Assembly: GCA_016783485.1 (NCBI GenBank)
Contig: JADHWM010000002.1
Location: forward strand, 1-62,727
DNA from: Candidatus Bathyarchaeota archaeon
GTDB taxonomy: Archaea > Thermoproteota > Bathyarchaeia > TCS64
Reading direction: 5' to 3'
DNA: 62,727 nucleotides
Shown: positions 54,925 through 62,727 of the stretch, piece by piece
How the letters are laid out: every line of letters starts with the position of its first letter
Numbering within the stretch: position 1 is the first letter of the stretch
Program-made: the position numbers and the translations under genes
The notes under the pieces: generated by a model
Database searches by the model: none
Told to the model about the DNA's origin: nothing
The model's input: the letters and a program-made list of their open reading frames with translations, nothing else

Positions 54925-56556
54925 GATTTTATGCCTCAGAGGTATCCCCGCTAGGGCACCGGTGTGCTTGTCGTGCTCGATGGTCAGGGTGCCGTTCACG
55001 AAGACGTACTCGATGCCCTCGGGGAGCTGGATGGGGTCCTGGTATGTGGCCCGCTCCCTCACGTTGAGGGGGTCGAAGACGGTGATGTCGGCCCAGAAAC
55101 CCGGCCGCAGGACGCCTCTGTCCATGAGCCCTAGCTTCGTCGCGCCAGCCGATGTCATCTTCCGGATCGCATCCTCCAGGGTCAGCACCCTCTCTTGCCG
55201 GACGTACTTCCTCAGTATCTTCGGGAAGGTCCCGTAGTTCCGGGGGTGTACGAGCATGTGATAGTTCGCGGGGAGGGGGGAGCCGTCGGTGCCCACCATG
55301 CTGAGGGGGTTCTTGAGGAGCGCCTTGACGTCCTCCTCATGCATCGCCTGACCGATGCCGCCGAGCTCCTTGTCCTCCTTCATCCTGTCGAGGAAGAGGT
55401 CGACGGGCTCCATCCCCCGAATCTCAGCTGCCTCGGTCATGAACTTCCCCACTAGGTCTTGGTCCTCCTCGGTAGCCGTCAGTATCAGCGCCCTGTCCCA
55501 GGTGTGCTCAGCGAGAGTGGTCTCCATCATTTCTTTCACGTAAGCCCTGATCTTCTTGTACATCTCAGGGTCCTTGAGGCGCTCCCGCATCTTCTCGGGG
55601 CCCCCCTCCTCGGCCCAGGTGGGGAATCCACGGACTATGCCGCCCCTGAAGGTCCAAGGATAGACGTCGATGGCGACGTCGACGCCCCGGCGCCTCGCCA
55701 TGTCGATGATCTTGAACCACTGGTCCAAGGATTTCTCCCAGTTCACCGCTCCGCACGCCTTGGCGTGAGTCCAGGTGGTTGGGAGACCCGCTTCTTCACC
55801 GATCTTGATGACCTCCATGATGGACCAGATCTCGCTGTCTATGGTGGTGGTGATGAAGTCCCTTCCGCCTCGGGGATCGCTCTCCCAGCCCCTGCGCCGG
55901 TCGTGACTTGTGTGGATGCCTCCGTACATTGCGGCGACTTTCGCGAGTTCGATGAGTTCATCGGTTTCCGCGTAGTTCCCCGGGGTGTACATTGGTCCGG
56001 TGGAGAGGCCGAAGGCTCCCTCCTCCATGGTCTGGGCGACTAGAGCCTTCATCTCGTCCAGCTCGTCTTTGGTGGGGGCCCTGTTCTCCCATCCCAAGAC
56101 GCAGAGGCGGATCGTTCCGTGGCCTGCCTGGAATGCTCCGTTGATGCTGCAACCCTGGCGCTCGAACCTCGCCATGTATTCTGCTAAGGTCGTCCAGTCG
56201 ACCTCGATGTCGTGTGCGAGTTTAACCCTCCTCTGGATGGCTTCGAGGGCTGCGCCCTTGAGGGGGCCGCTTCCGCTGGTCCCGCATTGGCAGGCGAACT
56301 GGGTGGTGACCCCCTGGTGGATCATCGAGTCTCCCGTAGGGTAGGCGATGAACGGGATCTCTGCGTGGCTGTGCATGTCGATGAAGCCTGGAGAAACGAC
56401 GAGCCCTTTGGCGTCGAGGACCATGTCCGCCTTCGAGGCGGGGAGCCTTCTGTTGATCTCGGCAATTTTCTCTCCTTCGATGGCGAGATCCGCTTTGAAC
56501 CATGGTGCCCCGGTTCCATCCACAACGTATCCGTTTTTGATTAGGTAATCCCACAT
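54913..56556 (-). CDS. N-acyl-D-amino-acid deacylase (D-aminoacylase) family amidohydrolase, paralogue 2
   Basis: WDYLIKNGYVVDGTGAPWFKADLAIEGEKIAEI and GLVVSPGFIDMHSHAE; collinear with 49774..51417 along its whole length. Confidence 0.85.
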   Translation of the reverse strand: MWDYLIKNGYVVDGTGAPWFKADLAIEGEKIAEINRRLPASKADMVLDAKGLVVSPGFIDMHSHAEIPFIAYPTGDSMIHQGVTTQFACQCGTSGSGPLKGAALEAIQRRVKLAHDIEVDWTTLAEYMARFERQGCSINGAFQAGHGTIRLCVLGWENRAPTKDELDEMKALVAQTMEEGAFGLSTGPMYTPGNYAETDELIELAKVAAMYGGIHTSHDRRRGWESDPRGGRDFITTTIDSEIWSIMEVIKIGEEAGLPTTWTHAKACGAVNWEKSLDQWFKIIDMARRRGVDVAIDVYPWTFRGGIVRGFPTWAEEGGPEKMRERLKDPEMYKKIRAYVKEMMETTLAEHTWDRALILTATEEDQDLVGKFMTEAAEIRGMEPVDLFLDRMKEDKELGGIGQAMHEEDVKALLKNPLSMVGTDGSPLPANYHMLVHPRNYGTFPKILRKYVRQERVLTLEDAIRKMTSAGATKLGLMDRGVLRPGFWADITVFDPLNVRERATYQDPIQLPEGIEYVFVNGTLTIEHDKHTGALAGIPLRHKIAED

Positions 56557-56730
56557 GTTCTATCAATCCACATTTTGTCGTTAAGTAATATTTAATTTTC
56601 TACGAATTAATTGAGTTTGAACGCTTTTTATTTCCTGTATTTAGAGAATACGGAGGATCCTCCGAAACTAGACTAAAAAGCTAAATTCACCGTCTAGTTT
56701 AGTTATTGGACATCTAGGATAAATGAGGGA

Positions 56731-58581
56731 ATGGAACGGATGGCGAAACTCAAGAAAGCCCCTGAAGACATGGAATACATTCTAGTCACGGACGTAGGGA
56801 GCACGACGACCAAGGCACGGTTCTTCTCCAACAAGTCGGGAGAGTGGAGGTTCGTCGTGGCCGGCGAGGCCCCCACAACTGTGGAGGCGCCCTATGAGGA
56901 TGTCACCATGGGGGTACAGAACGCAGTCAGGGAGATCGAGGAGCTCACCGGCCATAAGATCCTCGCCCCGGACGGCAGCGGGATCACGGTCCCCTATGAA
57001 CATGGATCCGGCGTCGACCTTTACTGCACCACTAGCAGTGCGGGGGGAGGCCTCCAGATGATGGTGGGAGGGTTCATCAAGGCGATCACAGCGGAGAGCG
57101 CCAACAGGGCAGCCCTCGGGGCGGGCTCGATAGTCATGGACGTCTTCGCTGAGGACGACGGTAGGGCCCCCTACCAGAAAATCAGGAGAATCAGGAGCCT
57201 TCGACCGGATATGATTCTGGTTGCCGGGGGCACCGACGGTGGCGATACGACCCACGTCATTCAACTCATCGAGCTCATAAAGGCCGCCGATCCGAAGCCC
57301 CGACTCGGGGTCTCATACAACCTCCCCCTTGTTTATGCTGGTAACAAGGACGTGCGGCCGCAGGCCCAGAGCCTCCTCGGGGAGAATTTCGCCCTCGAGA
57401 TAGTCGACAACCTCCGCCCAGTCCTCGAGGTAGAGAACACTGAGCCGGCTCGCATGGCCGTCCACGAGCTCTTTATGGAGCACGTCATGAGCCACGCCCC
57501 GGGTTATCCAAATCTCATGAAGTGGACGGACGTGGATATCATGCCTACCCCGGCGGGGGAGGGGATGGCAATCCAGCTTATCGCTGATACGTTCAAAAAG
57601 AACACCATTGGCGTCGGGCTCGGAGGGGCCACCACCAACGTGTATTCGGTCGTTGATTCTCGCTTCGTCAGGAGTGTAAGTGCGAACCTGGGGATGAGTT
57701 ACAGCGTGAGCAACGTGATGAAGGAGGCGGGTCTCGGGGACATCATGCGCTGGCTTCCCTTCAGCAGGGATGAGGAGGATATCGGGCGGCGCCTCTCAAA
57801 CAAGATGATCCGCCCCACAACCATCCCCCAGACCCTTGAGGAGCTCATTATCGAGCACTCTGTCGCCAGGGAGGCTCTCCGCCTAGGCTTGGGACATCAC
57901 AAGAGCATCGCCACGAGGCTCAAGGGCATGAAGCTAGGCGAAGGGATGGACCGGGGCACTTTCTTCGACCAGGAACTCGCTGAGACCTACATCGATATGC
58001 TAACCCTTGAGGTCATCGCTGGAACCGGCGGTCTTCTGAGCCACGCTCCCGACAGGATCCAGAGCATGATGATCCTCACGGATGCTTGGCAGCCTGAGGG
58101 GGTGACCTGGATGTTCCAGGACAGCGTCTTCATGATGCCTCACCTAGGGGTGCTATCCACCGTCTACAGGGATGCCGCCTGGAACATATTCGATAAGGAC
58201 TGTCTTGTCAAGCTAGGTACCAACATCGCTCCGAAGGGAATGATTTCCCAGGGCAGCGAGGTTATGAAGGTGAGTTGGACTGCCCCGGACGGATCCGAAT
58301 TCCAGGAAACGGTGCGAGGGGGAGAGATTAAACGCATCAAGCTCCCGGATGGCGTCGAAGTCGACGCTTTAGTGGAGCCTGCCCGTGGATTGGATGTGGG
58401 CGCTGAGCCTGGGAAGAGTCTCGAGGCGAAGGTTATTGGCGGAATCGGCGGAGTTATCCTCGACGGGCGGGGCAGGCCCATCCAGCTGCCCGATGAGGCT
58501 GAGGCCCGGAGGGCGCTGTTGAGGGAGTGGTTCGCCGTTCTTGAGATGTATCCGGCAGAGATGATCGGTAAGCTGTACTGA
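56731..58581 (+). CDS. GlmL/MutL-family ASKHA protein (glutamate-mutase accessory-protein-like), long form
   Basis: ILVTDVGSTTTKARFF, TSSAGGGLQM, LVAGGTDGGD, IGVGLGGATTNVYS; 616 aa. Confidence 0.7.
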   Translation: MERMAKLKKAPEDMEYILVTDVGSTTTKARFFSNKSGEWRFVVAGEAPTTVEAPYEDVTMGVQNAVREIEELTGHKILAPDGSGITVPYEHGSGVDLYCTTSSAGGGLQMMVGGFIKAITAESANRAALGAGSIVMDVFAEDDGRAPYQKIRRIRSLRPDMILVAGGTDGGDTTHVIQLIELIKAADPKPRLGVSYNLPLVYAGNKDVRPQAQSLLGENFALEIVDNLRPVLEVENTEPARMAVHELFMEHVMSHAPGYPNLMKWTDVDIMPTPAGEGMAIQLIADTFKKNTIGVGLGGATTNVYSVVDSRFVRSVSANLGMSYSVSNVMKEAGLGDIMRWLPFSRDEEDIGRRLSNKMIRPTTIPQTLEELIIEHSVAREALRLGLGHHKSIATRLKGMKLGEGMDRGTFFDQELAETYIDMLTLEVIAGTGGLLSHAPDRIQSMMILTDAWQPEGVTWMFQDSVFMMPHLGVLSTVYRDAAWNIFDKDCLVKLGTNIAPKGMISQGSEVMKVSWTAPDGSEFQETVRGGEIKRIKLPDGVEVDALVEPARGLDVGAEPGKSLEAKVIGGIGGVILDGRGRPIQLPDEAEARRALLREWFAVLEMYPAEMIGKLY

Positions 58582-58591
58582 TGGGGATGAT

Positions 58592-59749
58592 ATGATGGCT
58601 GAAAATAATAATTCGGAAAAAAATCCTGATGAGGCATTCGCTTATACCCCAGGCCTCAAGGTGAAGAGGTCGATGATAGTGAGCGAGGAGAGGCGTCTAC
58701 CCCTACTGGGTGACATCCTCGTGGAGAAGGGAGCCAGCGTCTCCTATGACACAATCGTCGCCAAGACAGAGGTCCCCGGGGATCCCGAGCTGGTCAAAGT
58801 TACAGCGATTCTTGGAATCGATCAGAACGAGGTCCATGACTTCCTATTCAAGAAGGAGGGTGACAAGCTCCAGAAAGGAGAAGTCTTCGGCCGTTACAAG
58901 GCGTTCTTCGGCCTCATCAACAGGGAGGTTACATCTCCCCTGGATGGAGAGATCGAGTCGATCTCTAAACTCACAGGCCAAGTCATAATACGTCCGGAAC
59001 CAGTACCGGTGGAGGTGAACGCGTATATCCCCGGAAAAGTCGTCGGGATTATGCCTCGGGAGGGTGTCGTGGTCGCGACCCAGGCCGCGTTCATACAGGG
59101 GATCCTCGGACTTGGGGGGGAGGCTCACGGGGAGGTCAGGATCGTTGTGGATTCTCCCGAGGATGAACTTACCGCTGAACGGATATCCGAGGAAGACAAG
59201 GGACGAATCCTCATCGGAGGGAGCCTCATCACACTCGCGGGTTTCAAAAGAGCTGTGGAGATAGGCGTCGCAGGATTGGTTGCGGGCGGAATGAACTATA
59301 CGGATGTGACTGAAATCATGGGGGAAGCCATAGGCGTTGCCATCACCGGCCATGAGGAGATAGGCACCACTCTGATCATCACAGAGGGTTTTGGTAAAAT
59401 GAACATGTCCACCCGAACCTTCAACCTCTTGAAGAGCTTCGAGGGATACGTAGCCGCAATCAACGGAGCCACACAGATCAGGGCGGGGGTACTCCGGCCT
59501 GAGATCATCATCCCTCACGATGAGAAGGAGGAACTCGAGAAGGAAGGCCTCTCGGCGGGCATGACTTCGGGCACTCCAGTGAGGATCATTAGGGAGCCCA
59601 ACTTCGGAGCTATAGGGAAGGTGGCGAGCCTTCCGGTGGAGCTCATGAGGGTCGAGTCCGGATCAAAGGTTCGGGTCCTGGTGGTTAGACTCGATGATGG
59701 GACAGAGGTCACGATACCTAGAGCGAACGTCGAGATCATCGAGGAGTAA
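58592..59749 (+). CDS. Hypothetical protein, possible barrel-sandwich-hybrid (lipoyl/RnfC-N-like) N-terminal domain
   Basis: Starts 10 nt after the GlmL-like stop. GDILVEKGASVSYDTIVAKTEV and KKEGDKLQKGEVFG...SPLDGEI resemble hybrid-motif folds; weak by-eye call. Confidence 0.6.
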   Translation: MMAENNNSEKNPDEAFAYTPGLKVKRSMIVSEERRLPLLGDILVEKGASVSYDTIVAKTEVPGDPELVKVTAILGIDQNEVHDFLFKKEGDKLQKGEVFGRYKAFFGLINREVTSPLDGEIESISKLTGQVIIRPEPVPVEVNAYIPGKVVGIMPREGVVVATQAAFIQGILGLGGEAHGEVRIVVDSPEDELTAERISEEDKGRILIGGSLITLAGFKRAVEIGVAGLVAGGMNYTDVTEIMGEAIGVAITGHEEIGTTLIITEGFGKMNMSTRTFNLLKSFEGYVAAINGATQIRAGVLRPEIIIPHDEKEELEKEGLSAGMTSGTPVRIIREPNFGAIGKVASLPVELMRVESGSKVRVLVVRLDDGTEVTIPRANVEIIEE

Positions 59750-59763
59750 TCTCCTCTTCTCGA

Positions 59764-59831
59764 GTTTTTTTAAGTCGCCCTATATATGGATGGCACGCTC
59801 TATTTTTTTTAAAAAAAATAAAATAAAAAGG
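59764..59831. terminator. Bidirectional T/A-run terminator region between convergent operons
   Basis: T7 at 59765-59771 and the palindromic T8A8 tract TATTTTTTTTAAAAAAAATAAAATAAAAAG. Confidence 0.5.
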
Positions 59832-59849
59832 GTTGGATTTTTGCTAGAC

Positions 59850-60470
59850 CTATCCTAGCTGGAGCCACTCCAGCATTAGGAATGCTATTCTGCCTGCGTA
59901 TTGGTTGATCCTTGTGGCGATGGTGTTGGCGAAGGAGTATCCGAATGCTGCCATCATAGCGTAGCGCCCGAAGGTGCTTAGCTTTATGGCTATCGGGCTT
60001 CTCGTAGCCTTTATCGTGAAGATGAAGTACATCATTGCGCTCACCAGGGTCACTACCATGATGAGGTTGTTCAAGCTGGCACCGATGTCCCCCGGCACGT
60101 TGAGGCTCCAGAAGGAGGACTTGATCTGGTCGATGACGCTTCCACCGACGAGGCCACTCATTGCCGTCCCGACGCCGATCCCGACGACGAGTGCAATAGG
60201 GTACCTGTAGATCCAGAAGTTCTCCTTGGAGTACCGTGCGTAGGCCATGATGCCAAGTATCACCGGTATTATGTACAAGATCTGACCTGACATGATCTTT
60301 TGTATAGCGCTGCTGTCGATGCTACCCCATGCCATCACGATGCTGTTGGCTGTAATCACGCCTAGGTAGATGTGCTCCGCCGTCTTGGAGACGGGGGTGT
60401 CCTTCCACGCTAGAGTGGTGATCATTATCGTTAGGATAGCCGAGATCCAGAGTCCGATTACGTCTGCCAT
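59850..60470 (-). CDS. Polytopic membrane protein, unknown (4th gene of membrane operon)
   Basis: About 6 hydrophobic helices; abuts the upstream gene with no gap. Confidence 0.65.
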   Translation of the reverse strand: MADVIGLWISAILTIMITTLAWKDTPVSKTAEHIYLGVITANSIVMAWGSIDSSAIQKIMSGQILYIIPVILGIMAYARYSKENFWIYRYPIALVVGIGVGTAMSGLVGGSVIDQIKSSFWSLNVPGDIGASLNNLIMVVTLVSAMMYFIFTIKATRSPIAIKLSTFGRYAMMAAFGYSFANTIATRINQYAGRIAFLMLEWLQLG

Positions 60471-61313
60471 CTACTTTTTTCCTCCTTTTGTCATTAAGAA
60501 GCCGATGTTTCCAAGAATCAGGAATATTAGTACCACGAGTCCTCCCATGGTCATCATGTCTGAGAGCTTGATCGCCTCCCCGGCAAAGCCAGATAGGTTT
60601 TCATACTCGGCGGCTCCTATGCCGCCGTTTAGGATCCCATCTAGGTTTATCGGGTAGTAGGGCAGTAACGTGGGCACCATCATCTCGTTCACCTCGGTGA
60701 TGAGTGGAAGATCGTACTGCACTGCAGCCTGTCTAATCCAGCCCTCGATGACATCGCCTCCGGCAGTCCAGATGCCCACCAGAGCGATTTTTTCATGAGT
60801 GGGCGCTCCTAGTTCAGCCATTAAAGGTAGGTCGCTCGTCGGTGTCTGCTGATAGTCTTCAGTGACCAAGCCGTTGATATCCCCCATTAGGCTTGCGTAT
60901 GAGGGCTCGCCTCCGGCTATGAACCCGAGGTGAACCCAGTCTTCGCCATACACGTATCCGCTTGCTTCAGGTTTGACTTTATCCATAAGTCGCCCTACCA
61001 GCATCGGACTTTCAACGGCGGTGCTCATAATGACTAACTTGACTCCTTTCGATATAGCGTGCCTGAACACAGCCACCATCCCAGGTTCCATGAAAGCAAT
61101 GGTTCCCGATTCGTAGCCCATGTTAACAAAGAAGATGTCCCCAGTCTCCAAAACGTCCACAGCCGCATATACATATCTTGTCTGGTCAGAAATTGGTATC
61201 GGGAAGCCGAGAGGATACAATGTGATATAGGCCATCGCTATGATGATTAGGCCGAAGTACAGCCATGTAGGCAGGTTGGCAAGGGTCTTGCCTATTCCAC
61301 CGTTTTCACCCAT
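60471..61313 (-). CDS. Bitopic protein: N- and C-terminal TM helices flanking a ~200-aa extracytoplasmic domain, unknown
   Basis: WLYFGLIIIAMAYITLY and GGLVVLIFLILGNIGFLM helices; 5-nt gap to the upstream gene. Confidence 0.65.
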   Translation of the reverse strand: MGENGGIGKTLANLPTWLYFGLIIIAMAYITLYPLGFPIPISDQTRYVYAAVDVLETGDIFFVNMGYESGTIAFMEPGMVAVFRHAISKGVKLVIMSTAVESPMLVGRLMDKVKPEASGYVYGEDWVHLGFIAGGEPSYASLMGDINGLVTEDYQQTPTSDLPLMAELGAPTHEKIALVGIWTAGGDVIEGWIRQAAVQYDLPLITEVNEMMVPTLLPYYPINLDGILNGGIGAAEYENLSGFAGEAIKLSDMMTMGGLVVLIFLILGNIGFLMTKGGKK

Positions 61314-61318
61314 TCACA

Positions 61319-61972
61319 TCAATCCTCCGTGGCTCCAAGGAAGCCCGTCTCCATTGCCAGCAGCGTTCTGACGCCCATCAAAATGCCTCCGAGGCCGACC
61401 CCGATGGTGATAGCCCTGTAAGCGGCCGTAACCACGACGTCAGCGAGCCAGTTCTTGACGGTCATCAGAGCGGGTATGTAGGTTACGAACATCGGCATGT
61501 TACCCATGATGACTACAATGCTGACCACCACAAGTATAGTAGTCTCAGTCGATCTAGCCCTGATCACCCTGTAGGTGGCCGAGGCCAGATAGAACAGTGT
61601 AGCTGCATAGGCTGTCGAGCTCAGGGGGAGGTTGAAGTTGGTGTACATCCACTGGTACGTGTCGCTGCTTCTACCCATGAAGATTCCTACGGCGATCCAG
61701 ATGATCAGTGAGCCGAGTAGCAATACGCTATAGAATACGTCTATCATATTGCCCTGGCTCATGTTCTTCTGGATTCTTCTGGTGTGGATCATCAGAATGT
61801 TGACGCCGGCGAATCCCATCATGAAGGCGACCATCACCGTGTTGAAGTTCGTGATGGTGTTTCCCAGGTCATTCAGTGGTGTCAAGTCAATGAACCAGTT
61901 AGCCGTGATGATGATACCGACAATAAAGGTCAGAGCCAGCGGGATCTGACGCCTAATCGTTCTTTGAGACAT
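61319..61972 (-). CDS. Polytopic membrane protein, unknown
   Basis: About 6 hydrophobic helices; 6-nt gap to the upstream gene. Confidence 0.65.
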   Translation of the reverse strand: MSQRTIRRQIPLALTFIVGIIITANWFIDLTPLNDLGNTITNFNTVMVAFMMGFAGVNILMIHTRRIQKNMSQGNMIDVFYSVLLLGSLIIWIAVGIFMGRSSDTYQWMYTNFNLPLSSTAYAATLFYLASATYRVIRARSTETTILVVVSIVVIMGNMPMFVTYIPALMTVKNWLADVVVTAAYRAITIGVGLGGILMGVRTLLAMETGFLGATED

Positions 61973-61978
61973 ATCAAA

Positions 61979-62727
61979 TCACCAAGAGAACAGGTTCAGC
62001 AACGGAGTTGCCATCCCCAAAGTTGACAGTATGACCCCTAGTAAGATGAAGACGATACCGGCTACCTTGAAGTAGTCCTGAGTAGCCATGCTCGCGAGCA
62101 TCTGTGGAGTCTGGTTGATGTATGCACCGACGGCGTAGATCTCCTCTCCGATGAGGTTCATGTCACAGACAGCAGCAAAGAAGGGGATCTGGTATAGCCT
62201 ACCAGTTCCGCCAATCTGCACCGCCCCGACCATCCCAAAAGCCTCTGCGACCTGGACCGATTCATGCCAGAATGCCCCGATGAGTAAGCCCGTTGCGGGC
62301 TTTTGCCTGAGGATCAAAGCCACCATGGATGCCTGAGTCTGCAGCCATGGTAGATGCTCTTCCCTATTAGCAAGGTACTCATCGAGTTTTCCTTCGAGTC
62401 TGTACGCTGTTCTCAGAACCTCATCTGCTACCGGCACGACGCTCGAGGAACGCATTGACGCAATGATCATTGTGCCATGTCTGGCGCAGATCCTTGCGGC
62501 GTGTCCTAGAACGGCGAGACCGGCCATGATCATCGGTGCGATCGAGCTCTGCATGCCCGAGTTGCCCGAGCCGAAGCCCTGGCATACCACGGGGCGACCC
62601 ATCTCGGCTGCCCTGCCTACGGCCTCTTCGATGAAGTCGAGGGCGGGGAGCCTACGGATCCAGATCTCTTTCTTGCTGTAGATTAGGTATAACGCGACAG
62701 CCCATATTCCTGCAAGTGTTACTAGAT
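61979..62727 (-). CDS. Membrane protein, unknown, 5'-truncated by window edge
   Basis: The frame stays open upstream of ATG 62602 to the window end (LVTLAGIWAVALYLIYSKKEIWIRRLPALDFIEEAVGRAAEMGRPVV...). It has a soluble middle part and a C-terminal TM. Confidence 0.65.
   Translation of the reverse strand, partial: LVTLAGIWAVALYLIYSKKEIWIRRLPALDFIEEAVGRAAEMGRPVVCQGFGSGNSGMQSSIAPMIMAGLAVLGHAARICARHGTMIIASMRSSSVVPVADEVLRTAYRLEGKLDEYLANREEHLPWLQTQASMVALILRQKPATGLLIGAFWHESVQVAEAFGMVGAVQIGGTGRLYQIPFFAAVCDMNLIGEEIYAVGAYINQTPQMLASMATQDYFKVAGIVFILLGVILSTLGMATPLLNLFSW

Overview
GC-rich, gene-dense window that looks archaeal: a Lon protease of the membrane-inserted LonB type, an archaeosortase-like protein, oligo-T terminators, TATA-like boxes about 25-30 nt upstream of start codons, and many start/stop overlaps. 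All calls rest on by-eye motif recognition in the supplied ORF translations; no database search was run. Layout: (1) nt 1-28263 holds 27 same-strand genes forming a very large surface-glycan/cell-envelope locus. It contains 7 GT4 glycosyltransferases, 3 SAM methyltransferases, a CE4 deacetylase and 2 SDR epimerase/dehydratases. It also contains a DPPR-synthase-like UbiA prenyl-phosphate transferase plus PHP phosphoesterase, polytopic GT-C-like membrane proteins, and three tandem radical SAM/SPASM enzymes followed by a nucleotidyltransferase and an alkaline-phosphatase-fold protein. It ends in a four-gene cassette: P-loop kinase-like, NTP_transf_5-like, archaeosortase/exosortase-like, CPBP protease. 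(2) nt 28437-34261 (minus strand) holds a small acidic-tailed membrane protein and two large secreted surface proteins that share a module; one has 12-residue tandem repeats and the other a C-terminal motif/TM/basic-tail signal. (3) nt 34586-43036 holds LonB, a CapA-like metallophosphatase, a methyltransferase, a luciferase-like (probably F420-dependent) oxidoreductase and two MFS transporters. (4) nt ~43000-48200 is an AT-richer mosaic island (GNAT, wHTH and ArsR regulators, methyltransferase, GYD protein plus a truncated duplicate, a frameshifted ORF, direct repeats, GCGCGC tracts, a tRNA-like T-arm fragment, an A/C-rich spacer). (5) nt 48206-59749 is an amino-acid/peptide locus with two paralogous D-aminoacylases, an M28 peptidase, a BT1/MFS-like transporter and two orphan ASKHA proteins (EutA-like and GlmL-like) with no B12 enzyme in sight. 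(6) nt 59850-62727 is a tight four-gene operon of uncharacterised membrane proteins, truncated by the window edge. Best candidate for an undescribed system: the split archaeosortase-like/CPBP cassette with kinase-like and nucleotidyltransferase-like partners, which sits directly downstream of the triple radical SAM/SPASM operon and faces its probable surface-protein substrates.
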